A model generated the notes under the pieces. The model was not told the origin of the DNA. It did not search any database and saw only the letters and a list, made by a program, of their open reading frames with translations. A DNA stretch of 64,000 bases, from positions 1-64,000 of the forward strand of contig JAKMXF010000316.1 of assembly GCA_024704765.1 (NCBI GenBank). The letters are read 5' to 3'. Origin of the DNA: Oopsacas minuta (Eukaryota > Animalia > Porifera). Positions 23,687 through 36,402 of this stretch are shown here, in pieces. The position numbers were made by a program, and so were the translations under genes. Every line of letters begins with the position of its first letter. Position 1 is the first letter of the stretch.

Positions 23687-24325
23687 TTAATCACAAACTT
23701 CGAATTTAATCAAGTCGACATCAATATCAACAGATTTTTTCTTGTGAAATTTAAATGTATTGTCGATATTAAACCGAATTTCAGCTAGAACATTAGTTTG
23801 CAACTTCCTCATTTCGCCAAATTCTAAGATGTGCTTTCTTGTGGTTGTCTTGTGTAAGGAATAAATGCTATTGCAAGAAACCGATATCGCTGCATCAATA
23901 AATTTAATGTCAATGCCATAATTGTCTTTCGTCCCGAAAGGCGGATTCATCAAAACAGTATCAATTTTTTTGGGAATGAAAAACTGTTTGATATTCGTAA
24001 TATCGCCACAAATGAAGTCAACATCATTTACTCCAAGTCTTGAAATATTCTCTCTTGCAACACCTAAAGCACGTTGACAAACATCTATACCAAAAGAATG
24101 AGAACCTAATAGGCAGGAACCAATACTTAGCATCCCAGTGCCGCACCCTAAATCCAATAAATTCTTTCCACGAATATCTTGGTATTCTTCATCAATAAAT
24201 TTAATGATGGTCGCTGCAATATTTGGTGGGGTAATGTACTGTTCTAAGTACAGCTTTGGAGAATGATATCCATCAATTTGGGAAAGAGAAATATATAATT
24301 CTTTTTCTGATAACCCAGTACACAT
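23687..24325 (-). CDS. METTL5: rRNA N6-adenosine methyltransferase METTL5-like, intronless, 212 aa from ATG at 24325
   Basis: PKLYLEQY, DLGCGTGMLSIG (SAM-binding), DTVLMNPPFGTK (NPPF catalytic motif), YSLHKTTTR, and the C-terminal FHKKKSVDIDVDLIKF match the METTL5 family over the full length. Confidence 0.95.
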   Translation of the reverse strand: MCTGLSEKELYISLSQIDGYHSPKLYLEQYITPPNIAATIIKFIDEEYQDIRGKNLLDLGCGTGMLSIGSCLLGSHSFGIDVCQRALGVARENISRLGVNDVDFICGDITNIKQFFIPKKIDTVLMNPPFGTKDNYGIDIKFIDAAISVSCNSIYSLHKTTTRKHILEFGEMRKLQTNVLAEIRFNIDNTFKFHKKKSVDIDVDLIKFEVCD

Positions 24326-25250
24326 ACCAAAATTACTAACCAACAATCTACTATTATTGGAATTTCGTAAATATATTAGCGAACCTTAGCTATGCGGGTG
24401 ATAGCAAGAGAAAAGTTACGTCAAATGCAATTTACACGATTTTTGAAAGCGAGATGTTTATCGAGTGTTACTCGTAATCTAACCATTGTATCATTTGGTA
24501 TCAGTTGATGGCCATTACATATCACCTGTGGTATTTCTGTGCAGGGTTTGAATTTTGAAGGGAAGTAAAGAATTGTGATTTATTAGGATTGCATTCAAGC
24601 AGTCAGGGCCGAGCCAGGAATGCAAACCTACAGGGTCAAACTAGGGCATAATTCCCAAGTCCAGGTTTTGGCCAGGTCCACTAGGTAATATTAATGCTAG
24701 TATTTATGCTATAACGTACACGTGAACTTTCGGGGCCTGCGTCGCTACTTAATTTATGATGTTACAGGAAATTTTTAATAATATATTAACTTTATCAAGA
24801 ATACACACAAGATACGCTTATCACATGAATAAAACCATAATGTTTAGACTAGCGCTTCCTCAAAACATCATATTAATTAGAAAAGTCATGATTCATGTGG
24901 AGCACTGATACCCTAATTAGGTTTGGCCTGGGCAGATAAAAATAGGCTCGAAAGCCCTAAGAATATTGGATGAATGCCAAGGATTAAGGTGATCTAAAAT
25001 ATGTCTCAATCCTGTTTGCAAATTGATCACTTTTGTGATGGCTTGATAGATACATATACTTGCGCGCTGTGAGCAAATAATGTCAATAAGAGTTCGAATT
25101 CTTTGATAATATCTTGGATTGGGGCAATGTATCCAAAACTAAGGACTTAAGGACTCGAAATTTAATAATTTTACAGTTGCAATTCATTTATCTTAAATCA
25201 GAGGCTGTTTCAGTTGACTGATGCTCCCAGTATGAAGTCTGTAAGCAAAC

Positions 25251-25526
25251 TTTTTGGGAATGAAAAATTGTTTGACATTCGTAATATAGTTACATATAAA
25301 TCAAGATCATTTACTCGAAGTTACAAAATATTCTCTCCCGCAACAGCACATTCACAAACATCAATACGAAATGAATGAGAACTTAACTGGCTAGAAACAA
25401 TACTTAGCATACCAGACCGCACCCTAAATCTATAAATTCTTTCACAAATATCTTGGTATTCTTCCTCAATCAATAAATAAAATGATACTCGCTGCAATAT
25501 TTGGTGAAGTGATGTGATGTTCTAAG
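25251..25526 (-). pseudogene. Decayed partial duplicate of the METTL5 coding sequence
   Basis: TTTTTGGGAATGAAAAATTGTTTGACATTCGTAATAT...ATATCTTGGTATTCTTC...CGCTGCAATATTTGGTG aligns by eye to ~23967-24247, with indels. Confidence 0.85.
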
Positions 25527-26149
25527 AAAAATAGGAAGAATGATATCAAAAATAAGAGAAAGAAAGTGTACACAAATACTACAATTTGAAGAAATAAAAT
25601 AACATTATTACTGATAAAAAGATAAAACAATGAAGGGATTCAAATACAGGACATTCAGGTTATGAGGATATGATGTTACTCACTACTCCTTCGAAACAGT
25701 CATATACTCAACAATCCATTTGACAAGGAAATAGCGAAGAAAACACAAAAACACAATATAGCGGATTCGTTAACCAATAAGAAGGAAAAATTCCATCAAT
25801 TGGAAGCAAAAAAACAAAATACCCAGCTCCAGATTCACGGTAATTCTATTACCGGTCCGACAAGGTGAATCTACACGATCCAGTGCCGGCATAGTAGCCA
25901 CTATCTATAATCAAATACTATTTGATTCTCGCAAATACTTGAGGCATTCAAAAGTACCCATCCTTAGTTTATAGCAGCCAAACTCTACTCGATTACAATA
26001 AATGCACAGTATATCGTAATAAACAATCGATTACCAATTTAATGCTGTTGAGCAATTCATTCTAGCCATTATATATCTTGATCTATCCTACTTTCAATTT
26101 TACCTATTTTCGAGAATGAACTTTTTCATAGCATCAAAAGACATATCAA

Positions 26150-26805
26150 GTAAAATGAACAGCGAGCCTACATAAAGATCCGTACCGTACTCGACGACAA
26201 AGCACTCCAGATACATGAGGATCACGGCACCGTTTTCATGGGGAAGCTCTAGCGTATCCCATTGTAAAGGAAAGGACACATAAATTAAAGGCCTGGTAGG
26301 GGCAGCATTGAAGATGCCCCACAGACCGGATGATCAATTTCTGCGACCACCCCTGAATTCTGAACTTTTGGAAATTGACCCCCATTGGAGCGTTGAAGAG
26401 ATTGCCCTAATCCTGGACATCTCATCGGGAAATGTTCTCACAATTCTACAAGATTATCTCGAATATCAAAAGAGTTCAGCGCGATGGATACCAAAAATCC
26501 TCACAAAGGGGCAAAAGGAGATTCCTCAGATCTATCAACTTGTGATATCTGGCTATTTCCTGAGCTGAAAAATATCTCCGCGGACGGGTATTATATACCT
26601 GACAAAAGCTAGTAAACGGAAATTACCACTACTTCAATTCAGTGGACAGAGACGAGTCTAAAAAACATTTTCGAAGTGGGTTGTAAGGCTACAACTATGC
26701 ATAAATGTAGAGAGGGAGTATTTCGAACATTTATGTAGAAATTTGATTAGTAAGTTGTTGTAGTGTCAAGATAAAAACGTAGATAGGAACTTTTTATGCC
26801 CTATG
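26150..26805 (+). mobile_element. Internally deleted mariner remnant
   Basis: NEQRAYIKIRT (compare KIEQRAYVKIRT at 15147), DPHWSVEEIA...SARWIPKILT (WVPHEL-like), then a jump to CDIWLFPELK-like and EYFE-like C-terminal motifs. Confidence 0.75.
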
Positions 26806-27273
26806 TATATAAGTGCGTTTATGACTAATAGGTACTTACGAAATTTGGACTAGGATTGCGGAGATAGCTAAAAGTATTGGTACGGGTGTTCCGATATTCA
26901 GAAACAGCTCATTTTTGCTCCAAAAAATAATTACAGCATAACCTGGTTAACGGAAACTACTGAAAATGTCATTTACACATAACGACCAACTAGGTAAATC
27001 TGTGGAACAATTTTCAATACAAATCGAACTCTATATATCGGCCACTCTTGGGCACTCCTTTGATGGCTGTTGTAGGCAAGTTGGACTGTATATAATTGTA
27101 GAATAGCGAATCTCCAGGCAATATATACTAGAGCCAGACATGAAGAGCAAGGAGCAAGAAATTTCAAAAACTGAATTGGCACAGGCAATACATTGGTAGA
27201 TTTAAGATCCAGTTGAAATGCGAATAGCTAATTGACTTATATATGGGCCTCTTAAAACTCAATGCTAGATACG

Positions 27274-28294
27274 GGGGCGCTGCATTAGGTCGAATTTCGG
27301 TGTTGGCATTAGGTCGAATTCCGTGTGTTGGCATTAGGTCGAATTGAAAATGTATCGAATTTAATATGTATGCATTAGGTCGAAATTTATATGTATGCAT
27401 TAGGTCGAATTTAGTGTGTTGGCATTAGGTCGAATTTTATATGTATGCATTAGGTCGAATTCCGTGTGTTGGCATTAGATCGAATTAAGACGTTGTGATA
27501 GATCGAATTTATTTAGCTATGTTGTCGATAGATCGATATAGAAAATGGATTTATAGAAACGAGAAAGTGATAGGACATTTTATTGTATTAATTATAAACC
27601 CGTACCATTGGGAGGGGATTAGGGATTTTGTTCACTACCTTATTGGTCTGGGAGTTTTCATTTGTACTCGTTACTCAGCTACCTAGGGGTGGGGATGTGG
27701 AGTCCATGCTAATTTTGTGTATGGATGGACTTTTGTTGGATTAATTATTAGAAAAGTTTGCAAAATGGCGGATCGCTGGATTTTTTGCTTTTAAAAATTT
27801 GTGCAGGTTTTTTAGAAATTTAAGGAAGCTTTCAGTGTTTCTCAAAAAATATGAATTGGCCCTAAAGATGAGATATTCATAGCTAATATTCATTCGCTCT
27901 ATCCTCAACTTCGCTAGAATAGTATTCGACCTAATGCATACATATTTAATCCGACCCAATGCCAGCATACGAAATTCGACCCAATGCACACATATAAAAT
28001 TCGACCTAATGCCAACACACGGATTTCGACCTAATGCATACATTGTAAATTCGACCTAATGCCAACACACGGAATTCGACCTAATGCCAACACCGTAATT
28101 CGACCTAATGCATACATATAAATTTCGACCTAATGCCAACACACGAAATTCGATCTAATGGATATATATAAATTTCGACCTAATGCCAACACACGAAATT
28201 CGACCTAATGCATACATATAAATTTCGACCTAATGCCAACACACGGAATTCGACCTAATGCCAACACCGTAATTCGACCTAATGCAGGCACCCC
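27274..28294. mobile_element. Foldback non-autonomous element of Mutator (MULE) type; TIRs built from ~24-28 bp tandem subrepeats
   Basis: G-rich termini GGGGCGCTGCATTAGGTCGAA / TTCGACCTAATGCAGGCACCCC. Perfect 9-bp TSD CTAGATACG at 27265-27273 and 28295-28303. GCATTAGGTCGAATT units on the left are mirrored as AATTCGACCTAATGC on the right. Confidence 0.88.
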
Positions 28295-29231
28295 CTAGAT
28301 ACGCCAATTTAGCATAAAAATTTCAGTAATGTACAAAAATAAAAATAAAGTACATCATGGCCTACTTAATATACGGTTATGTATGTCACCGAGAAGGCCA
28401 AAAACAAAGATGGCAGTTTGTAACTCCCGTTCTTGGGGATATTATACTATAATTAACTACTAATAAACTTCATATAGGGTATTGTGCTATGGCGAACCCA
28501 ACGGAACCATTTTTAGTGGTTCCCATAATGGTGATTACCAGTTTAGGCGCCTATTAATGAGGTGCACAATTAATTCTCATTAGTCATACATATTTCACAC
28601 CTTACCATATTCTCTATATATACATATACGTATTCCCAAATACTGCAACTAAATATGTTAAATAACTCACCTTTTCTAACCAGCAACATATCTTGCACAG
28701 ATTAACCGCGGACGATTTTCTATTTCATCCACACTTGAAGAAAAGGATTTAACATGCCATTTTCAGAGGAATTATTAATTTCTTGATCTGATGCTGTATC
28801 AATAGAAGAAACAAACCAATCATTTCGACTTGTCTGGAAAGAGTTACTCAATTTTTGTTGTCCTGGAAGATGCACAATACAAGATTTCTTCGATAACTTT
28901 GAAATTTGAATGTACAACTATAACATTGTACCGGAAGATGATACCCTTGTAATCGACACTAGGGGTCATTTTGAAGTCATAGAACACGTCGAATAATGAA
29001 CAGAGAACTTTAGAACACTAAAATCGGACTAAATTTGACGAAGTTATAATCATTTACTATATAAGCCAAAGTCTATGGGGATATATTGCAATAATTGAAT
29101 GAAGCCAAATTATATGCAATATGTTTGTATTCACTTTGCTTATGCATACTACTCTCACACGTTCAGCATTTCTATGAGTTTGTATTTTATGTTTTACAGG
29201 AATAAAATCTTATGGTTTACTGTTTGCATTA

Positions 29232-32200
29232 CACGTTTTTTTTATAAGGAACACCTGTATAAGGGACTCCAGGCTGAGATTATAAAACCATAAATAATAT
29301 ACCTATCATAGCATCATTTATTAATTTATCAAGAACAATTCAACATCGTCTATATCTTTCATTGATTTATAATCAATTGTATCATCTTCAAATACTACTT
29401 TAAACTCATCAGCCTACTGTTAGAATATTGGATCTTTCCAATAAACCACTCATTATCATATAACCCTTTAACTTGTTTCCCAACAAGTTCATGGTGAAAA
29501 ATCCTATCAGCTATACAGTTAAGGGACAAAAGTATTCGACCACACAAATATATTGTCATAAATTGAATACTCTTTCCCGTTCCTATACACTGGATAGTCT
29601 ATATTCGTGGCTGCAATCTAGTAATTTGCATAGAATAACATGTTTTTCAAGAATTTCAAAAAAATATTTTCGATTTACACTTTTTGAAGGTGTTAATTAT
29701 TAATAATTATTAGATAATTATTAATAATCAAAATATGTGGTAATTCAAAGCCTATTAAGAATCTATAATTTCTGACTTGATATTTGAATTCTACTTAGGC
29801 GAGTTACCCCAGATTAAATTTTCAATGGGATTGAACAATTTTTGCCAGAGTTATAGATGAATTTCAATTTGTCCCATTTGTGCCACCTTTTGCCCAAGGG
29901 GCACAAGTGGCCGTTACCAAGAGGTTATTTTGGAATTCAAGGGTTAGCATAGTCATATAATTCGAAAATATTACTATGACTTATTCCTCCTAACCTTAGT
30001 TGATTTCCTTGTAGTGGCGCTTTTTCCAGCCACCAGTGTCACTTTTTGCTCAAGTGGCACAAATTGAAATTCTTCTATAACTTTGGTAAAAATTGTTCAA
30101 TCCCATTGGAAATTTAATCTGGGGTAACTCGCCTAAGTAGAATTCAAATATCAAGTCAGAAATTATAGATTCTTAATAGGCTTTGAATTACCACATATTT
30201 TGATTATCAATAATTATCTAATAATTATTAATAATTAACACCTTCAAAAAGTGTAAATCGAAAATATTTTTTTGAAATTCTTGAAAAACATGTTATTCTA
30301 TGCAAATTACTAGATTGCAGCCACGAATATAGACTATACAGTATATAGGAGCGGGAAAGAGTATACAATTTATGACAATATATTTGTGTGGTCGAATACT
30401 TTTGTCCCTTAACTGTATAGTCCTCAAATTCTCACGGTAATCATCATCATCATCAATTAGAAGACTTTCGTTCTCGGGTTCAATATCAACATTTTCATTT
30501 GGTTCTGACTTTTGCATGCCTGGAGTCACAGAGTCCGGTTCAATCATAGAGGGAGGAGAAATATTGTAGCTAGGTGATCCTCAGTACCATCAGCGGTCAT
30601 GAGACAACCAGTCTTTTGCCATATCAGCAATCTGAATGAATCGCACTGCGAATTTATCAACTTTTTATATGCTTCACCTACTCAATGAGTAAGTAAATCC
30701 GCCGCTCTTTCCTGCTAAAACTTTGCCTGCTTTCATACCACTTGGTGGCATTGTCATTGGAATCAAGCCACTCAGAATGCTATAAGTTTAGGAAAACTTT
30801 CAGTAATTCAGCATATCTAGCATCTACCGGTTGCCAGATGTCAGTTGCATTAGGTAATCCATACCAGCAAACGGAATTTAAATCTGAAACAGGTTTCTTA
30901 AATTCGTCAGATACCTGTGCTGATAAATTGTCGCAAAATAAGACAAAACAATCAATACTACATTGAACTATGAGGGAGAGGGTACGTTTACCCATTCGAC
31001 AGAAAATGCTGTATCTGCCCATGAGTTTTCTTGAAAATACACATCAACATCTGGGTGCAATGCATTATTTTCATCCTCACTTACCCTTTTTCCCTTTCCA
31101 TTGAATATAATTGCAACATGAGGCTGCTTCCCAGTTGGCCGAAAACAGATTTGGAGAGTACACTGACGTTTGTCCAAGCCACTTCCAGGTTGGGATATCC
31201 AAACTTTATGTTCACGATTGTTTGGGTTTTTCTATTCTAACATTTCATATGTTTCCTTTGTATTAATGACAAAGGGACAAGGAGATTGATCAACATTAAA
31301 TCGCTGCTCCGGTGCATACCTACACCATTTGGAGTTATAATAGTCTGCACATCCTGTCCTTATCAACCGCTCTCTGGTAGTAGCATGCCATTGTTGCATC
31401 GGGAGACGAAAGTTCTCCTTGCTTAACTCACGATTTCTCTGGCGGGAGCATAATCATAAATCATTTCGTTTGATAAAGTTCATGATTACATGCTTCCTTA
31501 TGATGGCATTTGGATCGTTCGGTTTCTGCCTGTATAAAATTCTAGCTTTTGACCATATCCCGTTGAAATCAACTCGGTGTCCTTTACTAAGAGCTTCTAG
31601 GAAACCTTCCTTAGATCCCTATATAATTCCGCGTATTTTGTCGAAGATCTGATTTTCAAGAGTTTCTTGTGGTCTTTTGAAGCCGCCAACATTATCTTTC
31701 CCTTGTTCAAGCGCCACAAAGATAACATTGATTTGCTGATAGTATGTTTCTGAGTTAGTACCTTGCGTGATACCCCTGCTTCAGGATTTGAAACAATTTT
31801 CGCTTTGAACACTGAATTATACTGCCGTCTACTATCTTGACTACGGGATCTTTTAGCATGTGGCTCAATTGAAATAACTTGCGCTTCAGATACTCCTAGC
31901 TGTAGTTCTTCTGAATCAACGTTCGAAACATGTTCGATTTCAGCTATACTACGAGTAAGTGGGACGTTGTTTATTTCGACATTGGTACTCTCTGAAATGT
32001 TACCGTGCTGACATTTTAGGTGTACCCCCAATCTTTGTTGATTTTTGAATTTGTCATCACAGTGGGGACATTCCAATTTGGGTTGTTCTGAAATGTCAGG
32101 TAAAATGATTTCGTTCCATACCCCACGGTGGCTAACGCGTTTGATAAATCCAAAACTGCCAAGTGTTGGCTGTCTGTTAACACACATGTAAAAGCTAAAT

Positions 32201-32395
32201 AAATGCACATGTTACAATGTTAAAACGTTAATAATCAGTTAATAAAGGAATTGAATACGTAGGTACCTTCTACTAAGCAATATTTCGAGCCCAAGAAATA
32301 AGGAACCGATAAGGAACTTTGAGGCTGATATTGGCAAAAAAATAAGGAACTTCAGCCTGAAGTTTGAATTAGGGCTCCTTATAAAGAAAAAGGTG
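29232..32395 (-). mobile_element. pogo-family transposon (DD35D spacing) with N-terminal C2H2 zinc finger, disrupted; MITE inserted in its 3' part
   Basis: Imperfect TIRs TA|CACGTTTTTTTTATAAGGA...CAGGCTGA and its inverse ending at 32395|TA. ORF 31597..32208 has CPHCDDKFKNQQRLGVHLKCQH and RRQYNSVFKAKIV (HTH). NVDQSP, CDNLSAQ...WQPVD. Confidence 0.8.
29516..30415. mobile_element. ~900-bp Tc1-type MITE with ~365-bp inverted arms, copy 1
   Basis: TA|CAGTTAAGGGACAAAAGTATTCGACCACAC ... GTGTGGTCGAATACTTTTGTCCCTTAACTG|TA. Second copy at 62882-63793. Confidence 0.95.
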
Positions 32396-32985
32396 TACAA
32401 CTAATCCTAGTCCGCGTCCAGTAATATTTGTCCGAAAAATGAAGTGGGGGACGCTCCTAAACCCATCAATAGGGCTGGGCATTCCGCATGGGCCGCCAGC
32501 ATACCCCTGATACTATACTACGTCCATGACTAATCACTATATTCTAGGGAAGTACGCATATCTTAAGCACGCACTCTTTCAAAATTAACCCTTAGATATG
32601 TAACATATCTATATTTATGCAACAACTACATTTATCTAGGTTTTAGTTTAAGGCTAATAAATTGGGTCTATATTCTTAGCAACATATTTTGCTACATGAA
32701 AAACAACTTAATAAATAGTGAATTAACCCTTGTGAAAGTGTTCAGATTATTGAGTGATTGGGTGTACTGTAGTGGCTACAATTCGGATTATAAGTGATAC
32801 CTAGTACACTATGACTTTATTGATGTATATATTACCAACATTCTAAGAAAATAATAATTCTGATGAAGTTTACAGATAATGATTTATATTTCTGGATATA
32901 AATCTCTAATTCCTCTTAGAATAAATCCAAAAATATTTTTCTTATGTCTCCTCCGCCAACAAGCCTCTATGAGATGGGTCTCAAG

Positions 32986-35426
32986 TAGGGTTTTTAATCC
33001 CGGGATCCCGAAGGTTATTGTTTCGGGACTAATTCCCGGGATTGTTTCTTCAATCCCGGGATATCTCCTTGATTGCATATTGACATACTCTATGATCATT
33101 ATATACATTTGTGTAATTGCGTTGAAATGATGTAGGGATTTAATTGGTTTCGTATTGTTAATACTGAATGAAATATGTTTTCAATATGAATAAGACACCA
33201 AAATTAATAAATACTTAACAAGTCAGAGAATTCAAGCAAACTTAAAGGTACCACTCAACCATTCTAACTATTCAACTTCAAATATAAGGTGAATCGTCAG
33301 AAAAGCCTCAATTTCATTCTAAATCGTAATAGTTGCATTATCGTTATATCGTACCTTGAATGGCTGGAAAAGTTATGTTTCAAGAGTTTGTAGGATCTAA
33401 AATTTGAACCATTTTAAGCGCTCGGTATGTGGGAAATTAGCTGAGTGTAATTCCTGTAAAAAGGTACTTAAATGCGAAGGGGGATCAACAAAGGGGCTAC
33501 ACAATCATCTTAAATCACAGCACCAAATTGATTTATTGAAACGCTCAAATAATGAAGAAAGTGCTATCTCACATACATGTGCGGTTAGGAAATTAGATAT
33601 TACATGTACGACGCTAGCCTACCAGCTGTGTTAGCCAGGATGACAGCTTGCGATGGGCTTTCATTTAATATATTTACTACATCAATGGACTGGAGAAAAT
33701 CTCTTGCTGCACTAGGACATTCACTACCAAGATCGGTTGTCGGAATAAGAGATCAAGTGCCAAATTATGGTCAGCAATTACGCCAAGATATTACCAGAAA
33801 TCTAAGCATTATTAAATCGAAAGGTCAATATTTCAGTCTTACCCTTGATGAATGGACATCCTTGCAAAACAAAAGATATCTCAATATTAATATACATGGC
33901 ATTGGGTTCTTTTGGAACTTAGGATTGGTAAGGATTAAGGGAAGATTTTCTTCAGAGGCTTGTTCCAAGATAATTTCACTTAAACTAAAAGAATTTGGAA
34001 TAGAATTCGAAACAGATGTCATTTCTATCACAACAGACGGGTGTTCAATGATGAAGAAGTTGGAGAAAATAATACCCACAAGTCAGCAGTTAGCTACGCA
34101 CATGGACTCCAGCTTGTAATACAAGACGTTATGTATCAAAAAACAACTTAGTGAAACTGAAGAAATATTCTAGTACAAGTGAAACCGATGAAGATGAAGA
34201 TGAAGATGAAGATATGGAAATGTTTGATGATTTTAATGATAATGGATTCATTGTTTCAGAATCGATGGACCCTCAAAATGCTCTTGCACTAAATTTTGAC
34301 ATCTCCAAAATAGTAACCAAAGTACGTAGAATTGTGAAAATATTCAAGCGAACACCTTTGAAGAATGAAACATTGAAATGTATGTGAAAGAGATTTATCC
34401 AAATGGGCTGAATGTGGTTCTTGATTGTAAGACTCGATGGAGCTCACTTGTGAATATGCTCGAGAGGATAATTCAGATCAAATTACCAATACATAAAGCT
34501 CTGTTAGATTTTGGTGAACATATATGCCTTGGCGACCAAGAAATTGCGGCTATCTCTTCCATATTGAAGCTTTGAATCCAATTAAGATAGCTTTAGAAGC
34601 TCTATGTAGAAGAGATACAAATTTAATTACAGCAGAAGCAACTATAAAATTTCTATTGGAAGATATTCAGAAATCTAACACACATTATCATGCACAAATC
34701 CTGGAGGCACTAAGCCAGCGGATGGTCAAGTGAGGTACACTGCAGTTTCAGCGATACTTCAATACCTACATAATCCTTCGGTACGACTTGTAAAAATGAC
34801 TGTAGTAAACACATTTTGTGCTGATTTGTTATCAAGAACTCGAAGGAAAGGAATTGAAGAAGAGGAACATGTGAGTGAAGAAGTATCAATGGTACCTTAC
34901 TCACCTAATACGGCTGAAAGCATATCTGACCTAGATGATATCCCCCTCGCAAAAAATTACAATTATCGATAGACACATCGATGAAAAAGCCAGAAGATAT
35001 ACAACTTCAACATTCATTATTCAATATATTAAAATATGAACTTACTATTAGAGAACAGACAGGAAAACTAGGATATCATTTGGAAAAGGTATATCAAATG
35101 CTACTAACAATACCTGCAACCTCAGTTGAAGCGGAACAAGCATTTTCTTGTTCGGCATATTTATGTAACAAATTTAGAACAAGACTCAGTGATAGCACTT
35201 TGGATACGCTAGCATTCATAAGGGCCAACAAGAAAAAAAATTGATGATAGACTAAATAAACTTATTACTCATTCATATTCATCTTGTACCCCCTATGTAC
35301 CCCTATATTATACTTTCATTATATCAGACTATCATATAATTAAACAAATTTAAAAATTGCTAGAGAGATAACTATCATCATTTAGCAAGGGATTCCCGGA
35401 AATTTCCGGGATCCCGGGATTTTAAA
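32986..35426 (+). mobile_element. hAT (Ac/hobo-like, BED zinc finger) transposon, fragmented
   Basis: Left end TAGGGTTTTTAATCCCGGGATCCCG, with a matching CGGGATCCCGGGATT near 35407-35421. AECNSCKKVLKCEGGSTKGLHNHLKSQH (BED), LTLDEWTS, ITTDG, LDCKTRWSS, IPATSVEAEQAFS. Confidence 0.92.
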
Positions 35427-35429
35427 TAT

Positions 35430-36402
35430 CGAGGTTCGTTGGCCTTTTCGCGGAAACATGTTGTCTAGAGTGCACTCTTTGAGAAAAGAGATGGCAGAAT
35501 TCTTTGAGCGCAACGACCGAGTCAAATCAAGAATTTTTCCGACAAGTTGCAAGATACAGCATAGATTATTAGACTCTCTTACTTAGAGGATATTTTCTCA
35601 CGATTAAATATCCTAAACAAGTCACTTCAAGGAAAGTTCACAACTGTAATTGATTTTATTGATAAAATTCGAGCTTTCATAATGAAGTTGGGTTTATGGG
35701 AAAGAAAAGCCAAGGAGGGAAATCTAGACATATTTGAAAATGTCTCAACTCTTCTTGAGGGAGAAGAAATAAAAATGTAAATAATGGAGCTAGTGCAAGC
35801 GCACCTTTCCTACTTGAAAGAAGAGTTCAAATTATACTTCCCAGACCTGAGCGAGTTGGATCCTGCGTTGATTCGAAATCCGTTCCTTGTAGACGTGCGT
35901 TTAATACCCAACAATGTGCAGGAAGATTTAATTGAATTTTTGAACGATTCTATAGTACGAGATGAATCTGAAACTTTGCCATTGATCAAGTTCTGGTCTA
36001 GAATGAGTCTATATTTCCCTAGTGTCGCTGCCATGGCTGTGCGTGGGCTGCTGATGTTTCCAAGTACATATCTCTGCGAACAAGGATTCTCGGCACTAAT
36101 AAATATTAAAAACAAATATCGTGTTCGTTAATGCGTAGATCCTGAGCTCCGTGTAGCTTTATCTAAAACCAAGCCAAAGATTGATGAACTTGTGAAAGCA
36201 AAGCAGGCCCAGCCATCTCATTAATCTTTGTCTTAATAATTCAACTTTTTTCTAAATACGTAAATTATGTTATGTTCATGAAATTACAAATTATATCAAC
36301 GTATAATAATTTAGTGGAATGTTGCCAAATTTGAATCGAGGGTACCCGGACATTTCCTTCCGCCTTAGGGGGTACGCAATTCGTAAAGGTTGAGAACCCC
36401 TG
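35430..36402 (+). mobile_element. 3' fragment of a second Buster/Charlie hAT element
   Basis: LNILNKSLQG, IRNPF, LLMFPSTYLCEQGFSAL, ...AQPSH* and the TIR GGTTGAGAACCCCTG. Confidence 0.9.

Noticed and set aside
27280-28290. CRISPR-like look of short repeats with variable tails
   Set aside because: The tails are themselves repeated, the arms are inverted, a 9-bp TSD is present, no cas genes exist and the context is eukaryotic.
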